Shown here piece after piece: positions 1 through 13,419 of a DNA stretch of 64,000 nt. Both the position numbers and the translations under genes were made by a program. The notes under the pieces are model-generated. The model made no database searches. It saw only the letters and a program-made list of their open reading frames with translations, and was not told the origin of the DNA. Source of the DNA: Lytechinus pictus (lineage: Eukaryota); contig NC_087251.1 of the NCBI RefSeq assembly GCF_037042905.1, positions 5,954,001-6,018,000 of the forward strand. Reading direction: 5' to 3'. Numbering within the stretch: the stretch's first letter is position 1; each line of letters begins with the position of its first letter.

Positions 1-386
1 TTATGATATAAATGGTTTTAAAGAGATTTAAAGCCCAATGTGTGGTTTATATTCATTTTGACAAGCTCCTGTCATTACTATTACCACTACCGTAACCACC
101 ATCACAAACCACAAACATTTTCATGCCTACCCTTGTGGTCACACTGACAGTTTCTGATTTAAGTAGATAACATAATCAATTACATACTTTATCAGTCAAT
201 AGTTGATGAAATAATATGATAACCTACAAAATTTCCTGCTGGTATTGGTTTCTTAATACAGTTGAAAAAGAATTGTTATTTAAATGGCAATTGAAGATGT
301 ATGCCTCGTAAGGCATCTTCTCCTTTCCACATATTTAACCCGCCCCCTTTTTTTTCTTAGCTGTTGCACATTTCATTTTAAGTATA

Positions 387-1022
387 CAGTGTGTATCAAA
401 AAAAGTTTACACTTAGAAAAAATCCTGTAAAATTATACATTTGGAATATCCTGAAGATTTTTCCATATTTTAACATTGGTACAGATCCATTTAAGCAAAT
501 GATGATATAACTGTCTAAAAATATTTCCGCTTGAGTGAGCACCACTTACTTTTGAAAAGTTAGTGAAAAATGATTTGCGCAGAACTTTGAAATAGTTATG
601 TGAATAAAAGTAGACCTTAATCATTAAGAAAACATGGAATTTAGCTAGTAAAACTGATTTGAAGATATCTTTTACCTTTTTAGAACTTGTTTCCTTGCCC
701 AAAACACTTCGAAGAGTGCAAAGCGCCCTACCCCACTCCCCCACACACCGAAATATATGAGAAATGTTTCACAGGGTAAGTTTGATTTCGCCCTTTCCCA
801 TTGACACAGCGTGAAAACAAGCATTTCTGCGCAAACAGATTTCTGCGAGCTTGACGAAAATGGACAGTGCTCACTCAAGTGTAACATTCTGTCAAAACTT
901 TTACTTTCATTGGATAGATGAGACCCAAACCCAAGAATATATGTGAAAAATTACCCACATGTTGTATATTATTTAATTCCAAGGGCTTTTTCAAAGTATA
1001 AACTTTTTTTTTTAAAGCAATG
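387..1022 (+). mobile_element. Non-autonomous Tc1/mariner-like TIR element (MITE), copy 1
   Basis: Begins TA|CAGTGTGTATCAAAAAAAGTTTACACTT and ends with a degenerate inverse followed by TA. Near-identical in reverse orientation to 42181-43137 but lacks that copy's ~42410-42780 segment. Confidence 0.8.
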
Positions 1023-3267
1023 TATAGTAAAATTGCAGCTCTACACCTACTCCAGGATATTGCCATGTGTTATCAAGAAAGAACAAGTTCAGATTGTCGT
1101 ACCCTTTTTCAGATTTTTTTATCACTCTTTCTCATTTTGTGATTTAAGATTTCCGCATTTTAATCAAGGGTCAAATTATTCCAGAGGCCACTGTAGATGA
1201 TATTGGCAATAGAAGCACATTACCTTTTATATTACAGAATGAAATGTCTGACTGATTGCTAGTTTTCTTCTTATCTGATGAGAAATTTTTCATGTGAATG
1301 AAGAAAAAAAAAGTGCCTATGTGTTTTCCTGGAAAAAGGGAAATGAAAGGGAAACTACAATTCTTGCTTGTTTAAAAACCGTACACATCAAAGTATAGCA
1401 TTGTTAATGACCATTTTTCTTCATCAGAATTTCATAAGAACAAAAAAACTTTTTTTTTTTCATTCTTACCTCTAGGGTTTTAATCTCATTGATGCATATA
1501 AAGCTGGCACAAATTGGCACATACTCTACAAAGTAAATCAGCTGTTTGTCTCTCCAGAGAGAAACAGGTTCAATAAACTGTGGGATCCAAGTAGGAGATG
1601 TTTCATGAAGCAAATACCCAGTAATGCATGACTTTATGAAGGACAAATATGAAGTGCCAAAATATAAACTCAATATTCTTTTGATTTGTGAAGATGTATT
1701 TCAGATCTTCTAATGATTATATTACAATTCTGCAATTGATATTTTGATTATAATAGTTTTGTAAATGATAATTTTATCAGCATAATTCAACCTAAGCTAA
1801 TGTGATTCAAACTGATTGAAAAATCTTCCCTGGCTTATCATAGTCTCCAGTTATTCATATAGTCATGTGTAACTCTACAAACAGATTTATGAAAAAGCTC
1901 CCCTCCAAGAATAGAATATAAAAGTTAGAAAATGATTTTTTTTGTGAATAACACACCAACATTTCAAGTGGTTTAGCAAACATGTTCCAACATGTTCTCT
2001 GCAAAGCTTCTCATTTCTCAAATGGCTTCTTTGCAGAGCTAATGAATTTACTTGAATTTAAAGTAGTATTAATGATTTTTCCTAATGCAATAAGGGATCT
2101 GCCTGGTTTTGAGGGTGAAGTATGTATTTTTTTTTTGTTAGTTTGTCAGTTCAGTAAGTAAAAATGCTAATTTTAATTAATTTTGGGTGTACACTTTTTT
2201 TAAGGTGGGGTAAGAAAAGGGGTATTCAAGTGTTCTGATTCTGAATTCCCATTCACCTTTAATGAAGAAGAATGTTTTTTTTTCACTGTATAGGAAATAC
2301 AAAATTTTAAGTACAGCTTCTTGGATACTGATTATATTTTTCATGAAAGACACCGACCACATATCCTTTCACTTTTGATATTTGAGAAAACCCTATTTCA
2401 TGTCCTGATGAAAAGTTGTTCTTCAAATGGCAGAAATATTAAACGGGAGTAGATTTACGAGTGAATTCTATCAATCAAATTCTCAAGGGAATGTGAAATT
2501 TATCATGTCTGGTAGTAAATTACAATCTTTATGAGCTAGATTTACACATAAGTCAATGTAAATTATAAAATTGATCCAATTTGTTATTCTTGATCATACA
2601 AGCATGTCTTCTTTCACCCAATAGCTCAATTATTAACCCATAAATTACCTTGCATGCTTGAATGCCTTCACAAGCACATCCCCAGAAGATTAAGAGAGAA
2701 AAAAAGTGAGCATGGTGTAATATAATCCATAAGCTCTCCTCTTATTTTCCCATCCCATAAAACAATATATTTGCCGAACATTGTTGCTTCTGGAATCTTC
2801 ACAGGAGAAATATGAAACCATTAATGAAACACTCCTACTCAAACATCATGCATCATTGGTTGAAGCTGTACTGCAATTTGATATAAGAGCACCGATGTAT
2901 GATTTAAAATACATTGTTCATATGGATCAATTTCCATTCTCATGTTTCCATCTATCATTTATGTCTAATAATAAGACTTTGAGATTTATGAATTTCCCAT
3001 TAGCTGTAAAATTTACAAATGCAGGAAGATACTTTTTCACAAATGAATATTGAACACTTCTCTGGCTCGAGGCCAAGATTGTATTCAAAGGTGAAAATTG
3101 ACAGAATATTACATGTTACTATGAGCAAAGTACTTTACGATGATGTAACATTGAGGATAAAAATCTCATATTATATTTAATGTGTATTTTTTATCATTGT
3201 TCCTTCAATTTGTAAGAATATTATAGATGACAAAAATTTGTTCTTTTTTATTTTGTCTATCCTGCAG

Positions 3268-3354
3268 ATCGTTTCTCTAAGTTTGGAAGCAAGTTAGACT
3301 GCAATGATTTTAAGTTTGTTTCTTTTCTGCAAGGCATGTTGACCTTTGACCCAA
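3268..3354 (+). CDS. Internal exon of a Ser/Thr protein kinase (probably CMGC group), start of subdomain XI
   Basis: Polypyrimidine tract + CAG acceptor and GTGAGT donor, phase 1-1. Encodes xRFSKFGSKLDCNDFKFVSFLQGMLTFDP and splices in frame to the 5879 exon to give FLQGMLTFDPSERMSVSEAIQHPF. Upstream kinase exons were not identified in the window. Confidence 0.8.
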
Positions 3355-3380
3355 GTGAGTACAGTATTGCAAGACTATAT

Positions 3381-4513
3381 GGGCTGTTTCACAAAGCTGT
3401 TCACAGAGTTACCAAGAGCTTACAAACAATTGGAATATGGCCAACCACATGGGCCTCTTAGCCATTTTTAATTGCTTTCGCCAAAGTTTGAAACATGTTG
3501 ATGTCTATAATATTAACACTCATTGTGAGTATAAGACATATTAGTTGTGACTGTTAAGATGAGATCATAAGAAAAACTGACATTAAGTCATTTTTGTCTC
3601 GCCCACCAGAGATGAAGGCGAGACTTAGGGATCCAAATGTCGTCCATCCGTCCGTTACACGCATTTTGACACATAACTCCGCAACTGTAAGTCACTTTTT
3701 AACCAAACTTGGATGGTAGATGTACTTAGGGGACCTGCATGTTATGCTGCAGTCGGAGGTCACGTGGTAAGGTCAAAGGTCATTTTCAGGTCAACGTTAA
3801 AGTTTACATGCAAGACTCTCTTATGACCTACAACTCTGCAACCGTAAGTCACTTTTCAACCAAACTGAGATGGTAGATGTAATTCGGGACCTGCATGTTA
3901 TGCTGCAGTCGGAGGTCACATGGTAAGGTCAAAAAGGTCATTTTCAGGTCAACGTTAAAGTTTACATGCAAGACTCTTATGACACATAACTCTGCAAACC
4001 ATAAGTCACTTTTCAATAAAACTTGAATGGAAGATGTACTTAGGGGACCTGCATGTTATGCTGCAGTCGGAGGTCGCATGGTAAGGTCAAAGGTCATTTT
4101 TAGGTCAACATTAAAGTTTGCATGCAAGACTCTCTTATGACACAAAACTCCGCATCTTTAAGTCAATTTCAAATCAAACTTGGGTTGTAGCTGTACTTAA
4201 GAGACCTGCATTGTGTTTGGAGGTCACATGGTAAGGTCAAAGGTTATTTTGAGGTCAACATTAAAGTTTACACGCAAGACTCTTACGACAATTGTTATTC
4301 CATCCCAGTCATTTCACAATGAAGTTTTGATACAATTCTGTTGCGTGCCCTTGCAAATCGCGATATTTCTGGTCATTTTCACAAGTGGGCGAAACACAAC
4401 ATCGCTTATGCCTTGTTTAACTCAAGGGAAACTTTGGACTCAAATTTAGCACTCCATATTTTAGTTGTTCATAAAGTAACATTGAATTCTATGAACAGCT
4501 TATGAAATAGCCC
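3381..4513. mobile_element. Degenerate Harbinger-like MITE interrupted by a HINE element
   Basis: Imperfect inverted termini GGGCTGTTTCACAAAGCTGTTC / GAACAGCTTATGAAATAGCCC flank the 3591-4418 element. Confidence 0.45.
3591..4418 (+). mobile_element. Helentron-associated (HINE/DINE-1-like) element with ~157-bp tandem array (~4 units)
   Basis: T-tract, then a GTCTCGCC..GGCGAGAC 5' hairpin, a (CCGT)-type microsatellite and 4 units containing AGGTCAAAGGTCA. Ends with a 3' subterminal IR GTGGGCGAAAC, a short hairpin and a T-tract. Confidence 0.7.
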
Positions 4514-5878
4514 CAGAAACCCTTGCAATGCTAATCAAATTTTGCATTTTATCAGTTTGTTAGGTAAGAAATGACTGAAATGGCATTGTCAGAAGACTAA
4601 TGTAATCACTATATCCGATGCAAATATTCACAGCTGAATGATATGTGCCGTATAAGCTGAAACAACAACGATATCCTCTGCAAAATAAAATGCCATTTCA
4701 TACCCCCTAGCATTAAGTGTCTAATCCCAAAACAGTAAATATGTTCAAGTTAAATGCTTTTCTCTTTTGGGGGGGGGGGGGGTAATTTCCAACCAAAAAT
4801 AACTGTATAAAATTAATAAGTATTATATTTTCTATTGGAAATAAAATAAGATTTGAAATTTGAAAAACTTAAATGCATGCATTTTCATGTGAAGTGCATG
4901 TGACTTCCTGCACAGAAAGCTTAGATTTTAAAATTTTGGTGATTCCCAAGGAATTGAGTTATCTTTGGCATATTTTAGTCACCATAACCACTTTGAAACA
5001 TTTTCTTCTGCGATTCAGCCTCATGATCAGAACCTTATCCTTTAATCTCAACTTCAGACAAAATAATGGAGCTTTATGACTCCATTTCATTTGTATATGA
5101 AAGTTTGCATAACTTGTAATTACTTTTGTACCTTGGATTCAGAACTCATTATAAGTTTAGGGAAAAAAAGTTTACTTAATCTGTTGTGATAGGATGTGAT
5201 TAACTAAAAAGCCTCATAATATATTAGAAGAAGTCTTGTTTTTTGTCACATTTAATAAAAATATATAAGAAATGAAACATGCTTCCAGTTTTGTTTGCAT
5301 TATTCTAATACCTGAATATTTATTGGTTGACTCAAACCTGAAACTTTAGGAGAAGGTTATTATCGAAAGAAAATTCTCTTTAATTGTAGAGATTTAGAAA
5401 CCAGCATTTTTTATGGTTTATATCATAAAGATGTAGAAGGAAAAAAATTTAACTAATGCATTTTATATCCATTGAGCTAAATAGATGGATCACACTTAAA
5501 GGATTCCATACGCTTTTTTGCAGTATATTAGGATGGCAGGAAAAGCTGAGCAAAATCAAAGAAAAAAAAAACCCTTTCATTTCTTGATTTTATTTGATGT
5601 AACTTTCGTGTGCAGGAATAGCAATATACCACCTAAATTGTGTGTAAAAACTTTTTTTGTTGAAAATTAAACTTCTTGAGAAGTTACAGTTAACAACTTA
5701 AATTTTGAATGATTTCTGTTATTGAATCATATTCAAATAATATGCTTTGATCATTTTGTGTTTTTGTATATTTTCCCGGGTGTGAAAATTATAAGACCTT
5801 CAAATTTCATGTGAATATGTAATTTTCAATTTTTCTTTGCGCAAAGTCCAAAATATTTTCTTAATTTTGTAATCAAAG

Positions 5879-5968
5879 GTGAGCGTATGTCTGTATCGGA
5901 AGCTATTCAACATCCATTCATGGGACCTGAGTTAGCCATCAGATATGTACTTCCATTCAAAATAAATG
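5879..5968 (+). CDS. Internal exon of the protein kinase (end of catalytic domain)
   Basis: AG acceptor after a T-rich tract, GTAAG donor, phase 1-1. Encodes (S)ERMSVSEAIQHPFMGPELAIRYVLPFKIN(G), containing the subdomain-XI Arg and the HPF motif. Confidence 0.8.
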
Positions 5969-6181
5969 GTAAGATTATATGTCTGTATTGTTTGTTTTCT
6001 TCCAAGATCAATGTCTTAGAAGTCAATAAAACCCTTGAAACCATATTGTAAATAACAAATTAAAGGAACAGATCAATCAAAGTTTGAGAAAAATCCAGTA
6101 AGTAATATGAAAGTTATGATAATGTGAATGTTAAGCTATGGACATTCTCCTGATTCAGCCAATATTTAGGGAATATTGGAT

Positions 6182-7020
6182 CATGGACCTATTACAAATG
6201 GACATTCAACGAGAGCATTTTACGGCCACCACCTGTTTCCAGCTGTCAAAATTGCTGTCACACAGTTAACTTTCTCTTTGCGTTTTTTTAGACGAGCGCC
6301 CGGGGCGGTTGTTTACTCAATCCCTTCTCGGACCATGACAGTCACCGCTCGATCTCTGGCCCTCTTTTGACCAGATGCAGTCATGTAAGCTCGATTGCTG
6401 CGATCAGGGAAAGTCCCTGCATTACCTATAATGCAATGCGCAATTTATTTCTGGTTTTCAATACATTTTTTCATGCTGTCAATATTATGCAATTGTCGTC
6501 TGATCATCAGAAAAAAATCCTATTAAATTTCGCCAATCCTCTAGAATTTTACGCCTTAATGAAAATCAACTTCTGACCGAAGGTAAGCGCGACTATCGAC
6601 ATCAATACTGTCTGAAAAATATGCATTTTTATGTTTTTCCGCACATTTCTCCGTCGAATTTTAACTGCTTTTTTGCTGTAGATATACTGATCTGCACGGT
6701 GATGTCAATGCATTTTGTGAGCGGTTGTTAGCGATGTACGTAAAAAATATGTTTATGCATGCCTGTTTTCTTGTTTTTCTGCAATCATTTTCATAGCGCT
6801 AACGTTCGCTGCTGTGTGTTGCTTTTGATAAAGTGAACGAACAACATCGCAATGTGTAGGAGCAGCGCACAATTGATTTCCGCTGTCCATCATTGACCGT
6901 GTTTTACGAGCGGCTTGAAGGGCGTCAGCTGCCAGCACTCTGTTTATAAAAGGATTAGCGGTGACGGTCTTCGGCTGAAAGGAGGGGATTCATTGATTGT
7001 CCATTTGTAATAGGTCCATG
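6182..7020. mobile_element. Non-autonomous P-element-like DNA transposon
   Basis: Perfect 23-bp TIRs CATGGACCTATTACAAATGGACA (6182-6204 / 6998-7020) and a perfect 7-bp TSD ATTGGAT (6175-6181, 7021-7027). CA-starting TIRs with a 7-8 bp TSD fit the P superfamily. No transposase ORF. Confidence 0.8.
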
Positions 7021-7372
7021 ATTGGATGGCCTTGAAAGGGATGCGTACAAATATTGTATTATTGTACAATCCAATATTGTTCTTCAGCGAGTAACAATAT
7101 TTCTACGCATCCCACGAAAATTGGTCATCCAATATTATTAATATTATTTAGATGCCCCCACAAAGCTAAACATAGATTAAAAAAGCAAAAACATTGTTTT
7201 TGCTCACCATTTTATGTCAATCCTGTAAATCATGAGCATGGCAATGACTGAGTATTGTCATTTTTTAAAGAAATCTCTGTAAAGATGCGCTCGCGTATAG
7301 TGCAAGCGCATTTTTAATTAATAAATTGATGCAATCTCGCTCCTTTTCCACACCTGGCAGCTAATACGCAAT

Positions 7373-7567
7373 GCGCGATAGCTCAGTTGGTAGAGCGGGG
7401 GACTCGTATTCCGGTGACCCGGGTTCGATTCCCACTTGGTGCGCTAGTGCCCTTTGGTAAGGCATTAATCCTCAGTACCAGGTCCTTCGGAGGGGACCTT
7501 AAGCCGTCGGTCCTCTGGTTGCTTGCTTACAAGCATTCATGCTTTCTTAGCAATCAGGTAAAAAAAT
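7373..7567 (+). mobile_element. tRNA-derived SINE
   Basis: Pol III A box TAGCTCAGTTGG (7379) and B box GGTTCGATTCCC (7422), but the T-stem and acceptor stem are mismatched. Continues into a non-tRNA body (GTGCCCTTTGGTAAGGCATTAATCCTCA) and an A-rich tail. Confidence 0.75.
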
Positions 7568-9781
7568 CACCACCAATATTACTTTGCAATAGCTTCATGT
7601 GCACAATCATTCATTAACTAATGATAATCTTATGGGCGGGGCAAAATATTAATTTAATCCAATATGGAAAATATTGGATGGTTTTCATAGGCCTACACAT
7701 TAAAAATCAGTTTTAATATTTTGTCTTGAAACAACCTGGCAAGACATCAAAAAATATCTGCGCCTCTAAAACCCTACATCTAAATAACAATATGTGATGC
7801 CACACATGAACAAATTTCCATTCTCCTTGTGTACGTAATTCACTTTAAATCAACAGTTTTATAAAGTATCCATACATCAGGGACATTTCTGAGTTGTGAT
7901 GAATTTGAATCAAACTTGTATTGCTGTTGATTTATATTTTTGTATTTAAGAGACAGGTATAAGATCTATCGCAATGTAGTTGTTTCATAAAGTATGTAAT
8001 GGACAGTGGCAAGGGGAGAGAGTCTTTCGTGGGGAGATTTCCATAAAATTTCTTAATGCTTGTCAAATAGTTCTCAAACTTTGATTGCTCTTAATCTTGG
8101 ATTTTTCTATTTTCACACAAGTTAACTTGTTTCAAGGGTTCAATTTTCTTTTTAACCACTATTCATTCTTTCTTTCTCTTCTTTCTTTCATTCATTATCA
8201 TCTGTCTGTCTATCTATCCTCATCCTCTCCATCCCATCATTTCTTTTTATTTGTATCTTCTTGATACCTTTTCATTGTCTTTTCCCCATTCTTGTACTTT
8301 CCCACCTTTTGTCACTTTTTGAAGCTGTTATTAATTCTTTATAGTTGTTTACACTTTTGTGCATGTTATTCATGCCACTGCCCACTACTTGGCTACCCTT
8401 CAGAATACTCATTTTTGTTGAATGTGGTAATTTTAAGGCAAAAAAGTAAAACCCAGATATGAACTGCTTATTTTGTTGTTTACAATTCTCATTGTGACAG
8501 CAAGTCCTCTATTTTCTGTTTGCTTTGTTTTTTTTATTTCATATTTACTTGGAACTGTAGCTTGCTTGAAGAAAAGCATTTAGTTGCATTTTCATACATA
8601 TGATTGTTAGTATTTTCATTAAACAATGAAATGCTGTTTTTACTATTTTCTATTTTTTTGATCCAGTTTTTTTGTACATTACTGGTATAACCATTGTATC
8701 TTTTTAATTTTGTGTATATGAATTGTTTGTCAGTCTCATTCAGATATATTTATAAGACAGATCGTGTCACTTATGGTTAGAAAGAAAAAAGATTGGCACT
8801 ATATCCTTCAAGTAAAAGAAAAAAAAACTATTAAAAACTGCATGGCATCATAGTAATCTCATTATGATGCCATGAGACACATTACATGCTTCCTTGAGCT
8901 TGTTCACAGAAGTTATAGCTAAATATTTGTGCTTATTTTTTTAACAAATTTAAATGGATCACACTTAGTTGTAGTTAGGTAACAAAAGTCTTCTGACTGT
9001 GTAACAGTCTTTGTTTCCTCATATCTAATTCACTGTGCTTAAAAAATATTACTTAACATTGGTGCACCCTGTTGGTCAAGCCTTTGATGTTTATTTTAGA
9101 CTAGATTTTTATTTGTAGGTCTAGAAGTTCATTCAGGCAAAATTAAGATTCTGTGTTCATAATAGATAAATTATGTGTGAACAAAAGAAAAGAATAGGCA
9201 TCCTGCTTTTGTTTTTTTGTTTGTCGAAGCATTTCACGATCTTCTACAAAATTATCTAATGTATTCTGTCTAAGATTTAACTTCTTGTCATGATCTTAGA
9301 CTTTGGTTATTTTAGATTGGATAGTGGACAGGTTTTAAAGGGGAAAATGGGAAATGTTCATTATCATCTATATGGAGTGTTTTAGCAATACATAAAAAAA
9401 CATGTATTATGGTCTGCATCAATTGCCTGTTCAATACAAGAGCGTATCCCTAAAAGGACCGAAATCCGACGAATATCCTATAGGCTCCTGTACAAAACTT
9501 GCCGTTGAATATGAGACCGCATTCAACAGTCTAGTTTGCATGTGTGAATACTTTAAACATACAATGCATACAACAATGAAAGTAATGTGATGTGCAGCAT
9601 AGAACACAATGACTCTCAATGACGTCATAATGAACTACATGTAAGTCGCATGTCAACGACCAAATTTGATCTTCCGAAGCGATGATGCCATATGTGATAA
9701 TTGATGGCTTTATAAATCAAATTCCTTCCTTTTTAGGGGGGAGGATGGATGGTAATGATTGTATTATAAAACTTTTTTTAT

Positions 9782-9905
9782 TGGAATACCAGAAATGTTC
9801 CACTCGTTAGGGCCAATATTCCACTCATATGAGATTCGTGGAATATTTGCCCAAACTCTTGGAATATTTCTGGTATTCCATTCTGAGTCATCCAATGTAA
9901 TATAA
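9782..9905. repeat. Palindromic interspersed repeat (possibly a Crypton-type non-autonomous remnant)
   Basis: Imperfect ~43-bp inverted arms TGGAATACCAGAAAT...ATTCCAC / GTGGAATAT...ATTTCTGGTATTCCA. A partial second copy lies at ~57598-57680. The family assignment is tentative. Confidence 0.45.
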
Positions 9906-10200
9906 TTATCTTTCAATTACCAAAATGAATTAGTCTATTGAACAAAATAGAAAAAATGTTTAAGTAAACAATGTTTCATTATTGAGCTATTCCTCCCAAC
10001 AAATAGTGCTTAAGGAACACTTCATTATCCTTTTTAGCACAAATTTTTAGGAAATATAATTTCTAGCACATTTTTTTAATTTCTAGAGCTACACGTAAGG
10101 AAATCAGCCAAGATATAATTAACAAAACTTGGTTTTGACTTTTTGCTAAGTCCTTTGTCCTAGATGGTCTGTTACTTCTCTATATTCAGAACTTGGGCTA

Positions 10201-10231
<31 letters not shown>

Positions 10232-13200
10232 GCCTACTGTCATTCAGTAAGTTATGAGGCAATATGGCCAATCAATATCATTGAAAAACATATTTATTTT
10301 CTCAATTTTTCTGATTGTGCATTTGTTGGTTTTTTGCAATCAATAGTGTCATATATTGCCCGTTAACTTGCCGAACAACGATATGCTCTTCCTTTGTATC
10401 CTAAGGGAGAAGCCTGCCTTCGTACTGGCAAAGATAGATTGATGAAATTTAGGGAGATCATTTGGAGTGTTTGATTATCTGAGATGCTTTAATTGACACA
10501 TGATAGACATGACTAGAAGATGAAGCAAGGAGGAGATACCCACAAAACCATGACAGACCCTTACAAATCCACTTATCGTCAAAACCCCAAAGCGGGATCG
10601 ATATCCCACAATACTTGGTCTACCGGAAACAGGTGACTTATTTGTCTTCCATAATTGGCGATCTCTAAAAGTGCTAGCATGGGATCGGATTCTCCGCAGA
10701 GCTGGCTCGCGATGCAACCCGAGGCAAATTGACACTTGAATTGGATGGGGAAGAAGGAAAGTATTCTCCCGTTGATAATGGAACTCGATAGTACAGTGGG
10801 GCAGCTTGTTATGACTTCTATCAGTCATCTTCTATAGTCCCACTCTCATGATGCGTTCCAATGCGTTGTTTCCTTGTTTCCGTTGTGGTGATGATGTGTG
10901 GGGAATTAATTTTCCCTGACAGCTCCTCTCTGTAGGTGGATGGCGGAAAGTGCAAAATGTCGGGTATCGCCCCACTGTATGAAAACATGGTTAGGATAGC
11001 CCAAGGGGTTTCTCTTCTTTCCACTTCCTCCCTCTCTAGTTAAGGTTTAGGTGAACATAGTCGAGCAGGTGTTACATTAGATGTAACACGTTCTTCTCAA
11101 GACAGATGTCGATATTCGGTAACGTGACACTCCAAACGAGACTGTACAAATCATTGAAGGTAACCAAGCGTGTTAGTCCTTCAGGTCATTGCCCTGCAGC
11201 GCCGCTTCTTATGAGGCCCGACAACTAGCTCTGCACTTTTACCAGTGCTTTTCTATTGTATGGTGGATATAAATGATTGCTGTTCATGTAAGAATACTTA
11301 ATCTACATATATTTCTTTCAAAACAACAAAATTTATAATTCAGTCATTTTAAAAGCATTGAAAGTAAACCTGCAATGACACAAAGTTTCGAAAGTTTTGT
11401 GGCATTTTATTTTTTTTTCAAATTGAATTTATCTTATGATTTGAGATACCAAGAAAATATGCTTATTTAATCTATTCAGCAAGAAATGCTAGATTTATTA
11501 ATGAACGTTCATCTTTTTTCCTATTATTCACATCAGCCTATATTTTTCAGTAAGTTATATCTCACTTTCATTTATTGAGATATGATTGAATATTTTTTAA
11601 TTAAAAAGAAAAAAGGATGTGTTTTTAAAGATATTCATGATCACAAGGACTGGAATATAAGTTCAATATGAGGTTTAAAAAATAACTTTGGTCTCCACAA
11701 AACTCAATGATGTTTTTAATAATCCAAGTAGATTGTTGAAAATAAAACATTGTTGAGAATGTAAACGTGATCATATTTATACTCTAGACACATGAGGTTT
11801 GAAGGGGTATAGGATATAGCATACTGTTTGGCTGTTGGTACATTGCAAATCTTACAGATTAAACAACTTCCTCAGTTTTTGCCTAACGCTCACAAGGTGT
11901 GGTATATACATTCTTTGAGTAAAGTCAGGCAATACACTTTTTTAATGTAGCAATTACTGTGTTACCAGGGTAGCAGCATGTTATGGCATCAAACTTTGAT
12001 CAATCTTGCGGAGCGAGCTATTTTTTGCCTAATGCTGTATAATGAGACTAATACACACATTAATATTGCATAGGGAAACTGTGTTGTCATGGTAATCGCA
12101 TATTACCATTATTAATACGTGTATGTACCTCTCATCAGGCCATTGGGTTAGGATGGGGGTATTAATAAATATTTCTAGTCCAAATTACACTGTTTATTTT
12201 AAATGATTGTAGATTGCCTTCTTTGTAACCATATTCAAATCAATTTAAACACCTTTATGCTGCAAGCTTTTATATTTCCTTGAAATGGTGGTGGTTGATT
12301 GTAAAACCATTATAGCTTTATTAGCTTTATTAATGATTATTTCTATTTTGATAGAATGGGAACCTTGAAAATCTAAAGGAAATATAAGGTATGGAAAAAC
12401 TAGATTATGAAGAATGTGAAAACACAATCTGTCAACATTCTTCATACTTTTTATTTCTTACACATTATTTGTGTCAAATATTGATTGTTCAGCTATTTGA
12501 TCATGATGGTGTTACATTGGGCAAACAGGTGGTTTCTATATGTGGGATTTTATTTTTAAATTCATATTAAATAAGGTGGAACGCTAATGTATTTTTAACC
12601 GAGAAACACAGTTAGCGTTGGAGGTATATAATTTCATTAAAGGTATGTCATACCCCTCCCTATTTTTATGTTGCATTTTTTCTTTCCAAGTTATCTTTTG
12701 GCACTATTTTCTTTCTCATCAGTCTTAGCTAGTGGTAATAATTTACAATTGCAGAATAAATGTGACCATAATTTTGTGAGATATTATTTTTGTGGTAATC
12801 ATTTTACATCAGAACCATTCAATTGATTTAGATGAGCATGCCTCCTGCATCATATAGAATGTGATAGCTATTGATTTCTATGATGAGAAAAGTGTATGTG
12901 GTCATCCAAATTGAGATCAAGGTTATCACTTTTCTGGAAGCAGAGGAGGAAAAAGTCATGCTCAGAGGGAGTAATAGGTCTGTTCACACCTACACAAGAA
13001 AATACTCACAGGGTATGAAGACTTCAAACCTCATTTCTGGTAGGATGGGATAAAAATGATAGTATCTAATCATTGAAAAACTGTTTTGACATTATCTCCT
13101 TTTTGATACACGATTTCAATGGATCAATCAATAGATAGCTATAGATTTCATACGGTTAGACTTTATTTCCTCTATTAGTTTCACTAGTTTTGAAATGGCT

Positions 13201-13419
13201 GTTAAAAAAAAAAAATGAAGCATTTCTTATTGTCACAACTCTGTTGGAAGCCAAGTTTGTATTTTTTATATAATTCTTTGTAATACGTTTCATGCAACCT
13301 ATCAATAAGCACCATCATAAAGTGAATATGAGCCCATAATATCAGATTTGGAAAACAAAATCAGCAAAATGTCACGTTTTATAACAAATCAATACAAATT
13401 TTTGAACTTTCAAACTGGC

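Larger units (their letters stand above)
6020..8154. mobile_element. Old, degenerate relative of the Kolobok-type MITE at 16279, with younger insertions inside
   Basis: 6020-6130 resembles the left arm of 16279-16863 (AAACCCTTGAAACCA...AAAGTTTGAG...GAAAGTTATGA) and ~8040-8154 resembles its right arm (CTCAAACTTT...TTTCAAGGGTT...TTTAA). Confidence 0.4.

Noticed and set aside
943..3053. Further upstream kinase exons (candidates near 1039, 1558, 2805)
   Set aside because: Acceptor-like sites exist but no translation shows kinase subdomain motifs.
7373..7444. tRNA gene (CGT in the anticodon position)
   Set aside because: T-stem (CCGGG/CCCAC) and acceptor stem do not pair properly, and the sequence runs into a SINE body and A-tail.
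10475..11024. Minus-strand ORFs of 117 and 67 aa as a nested protein-coding gene
   Set aside because: No recognisable domain or phase-linked partner exons. Retained only as a non-coding candidate.
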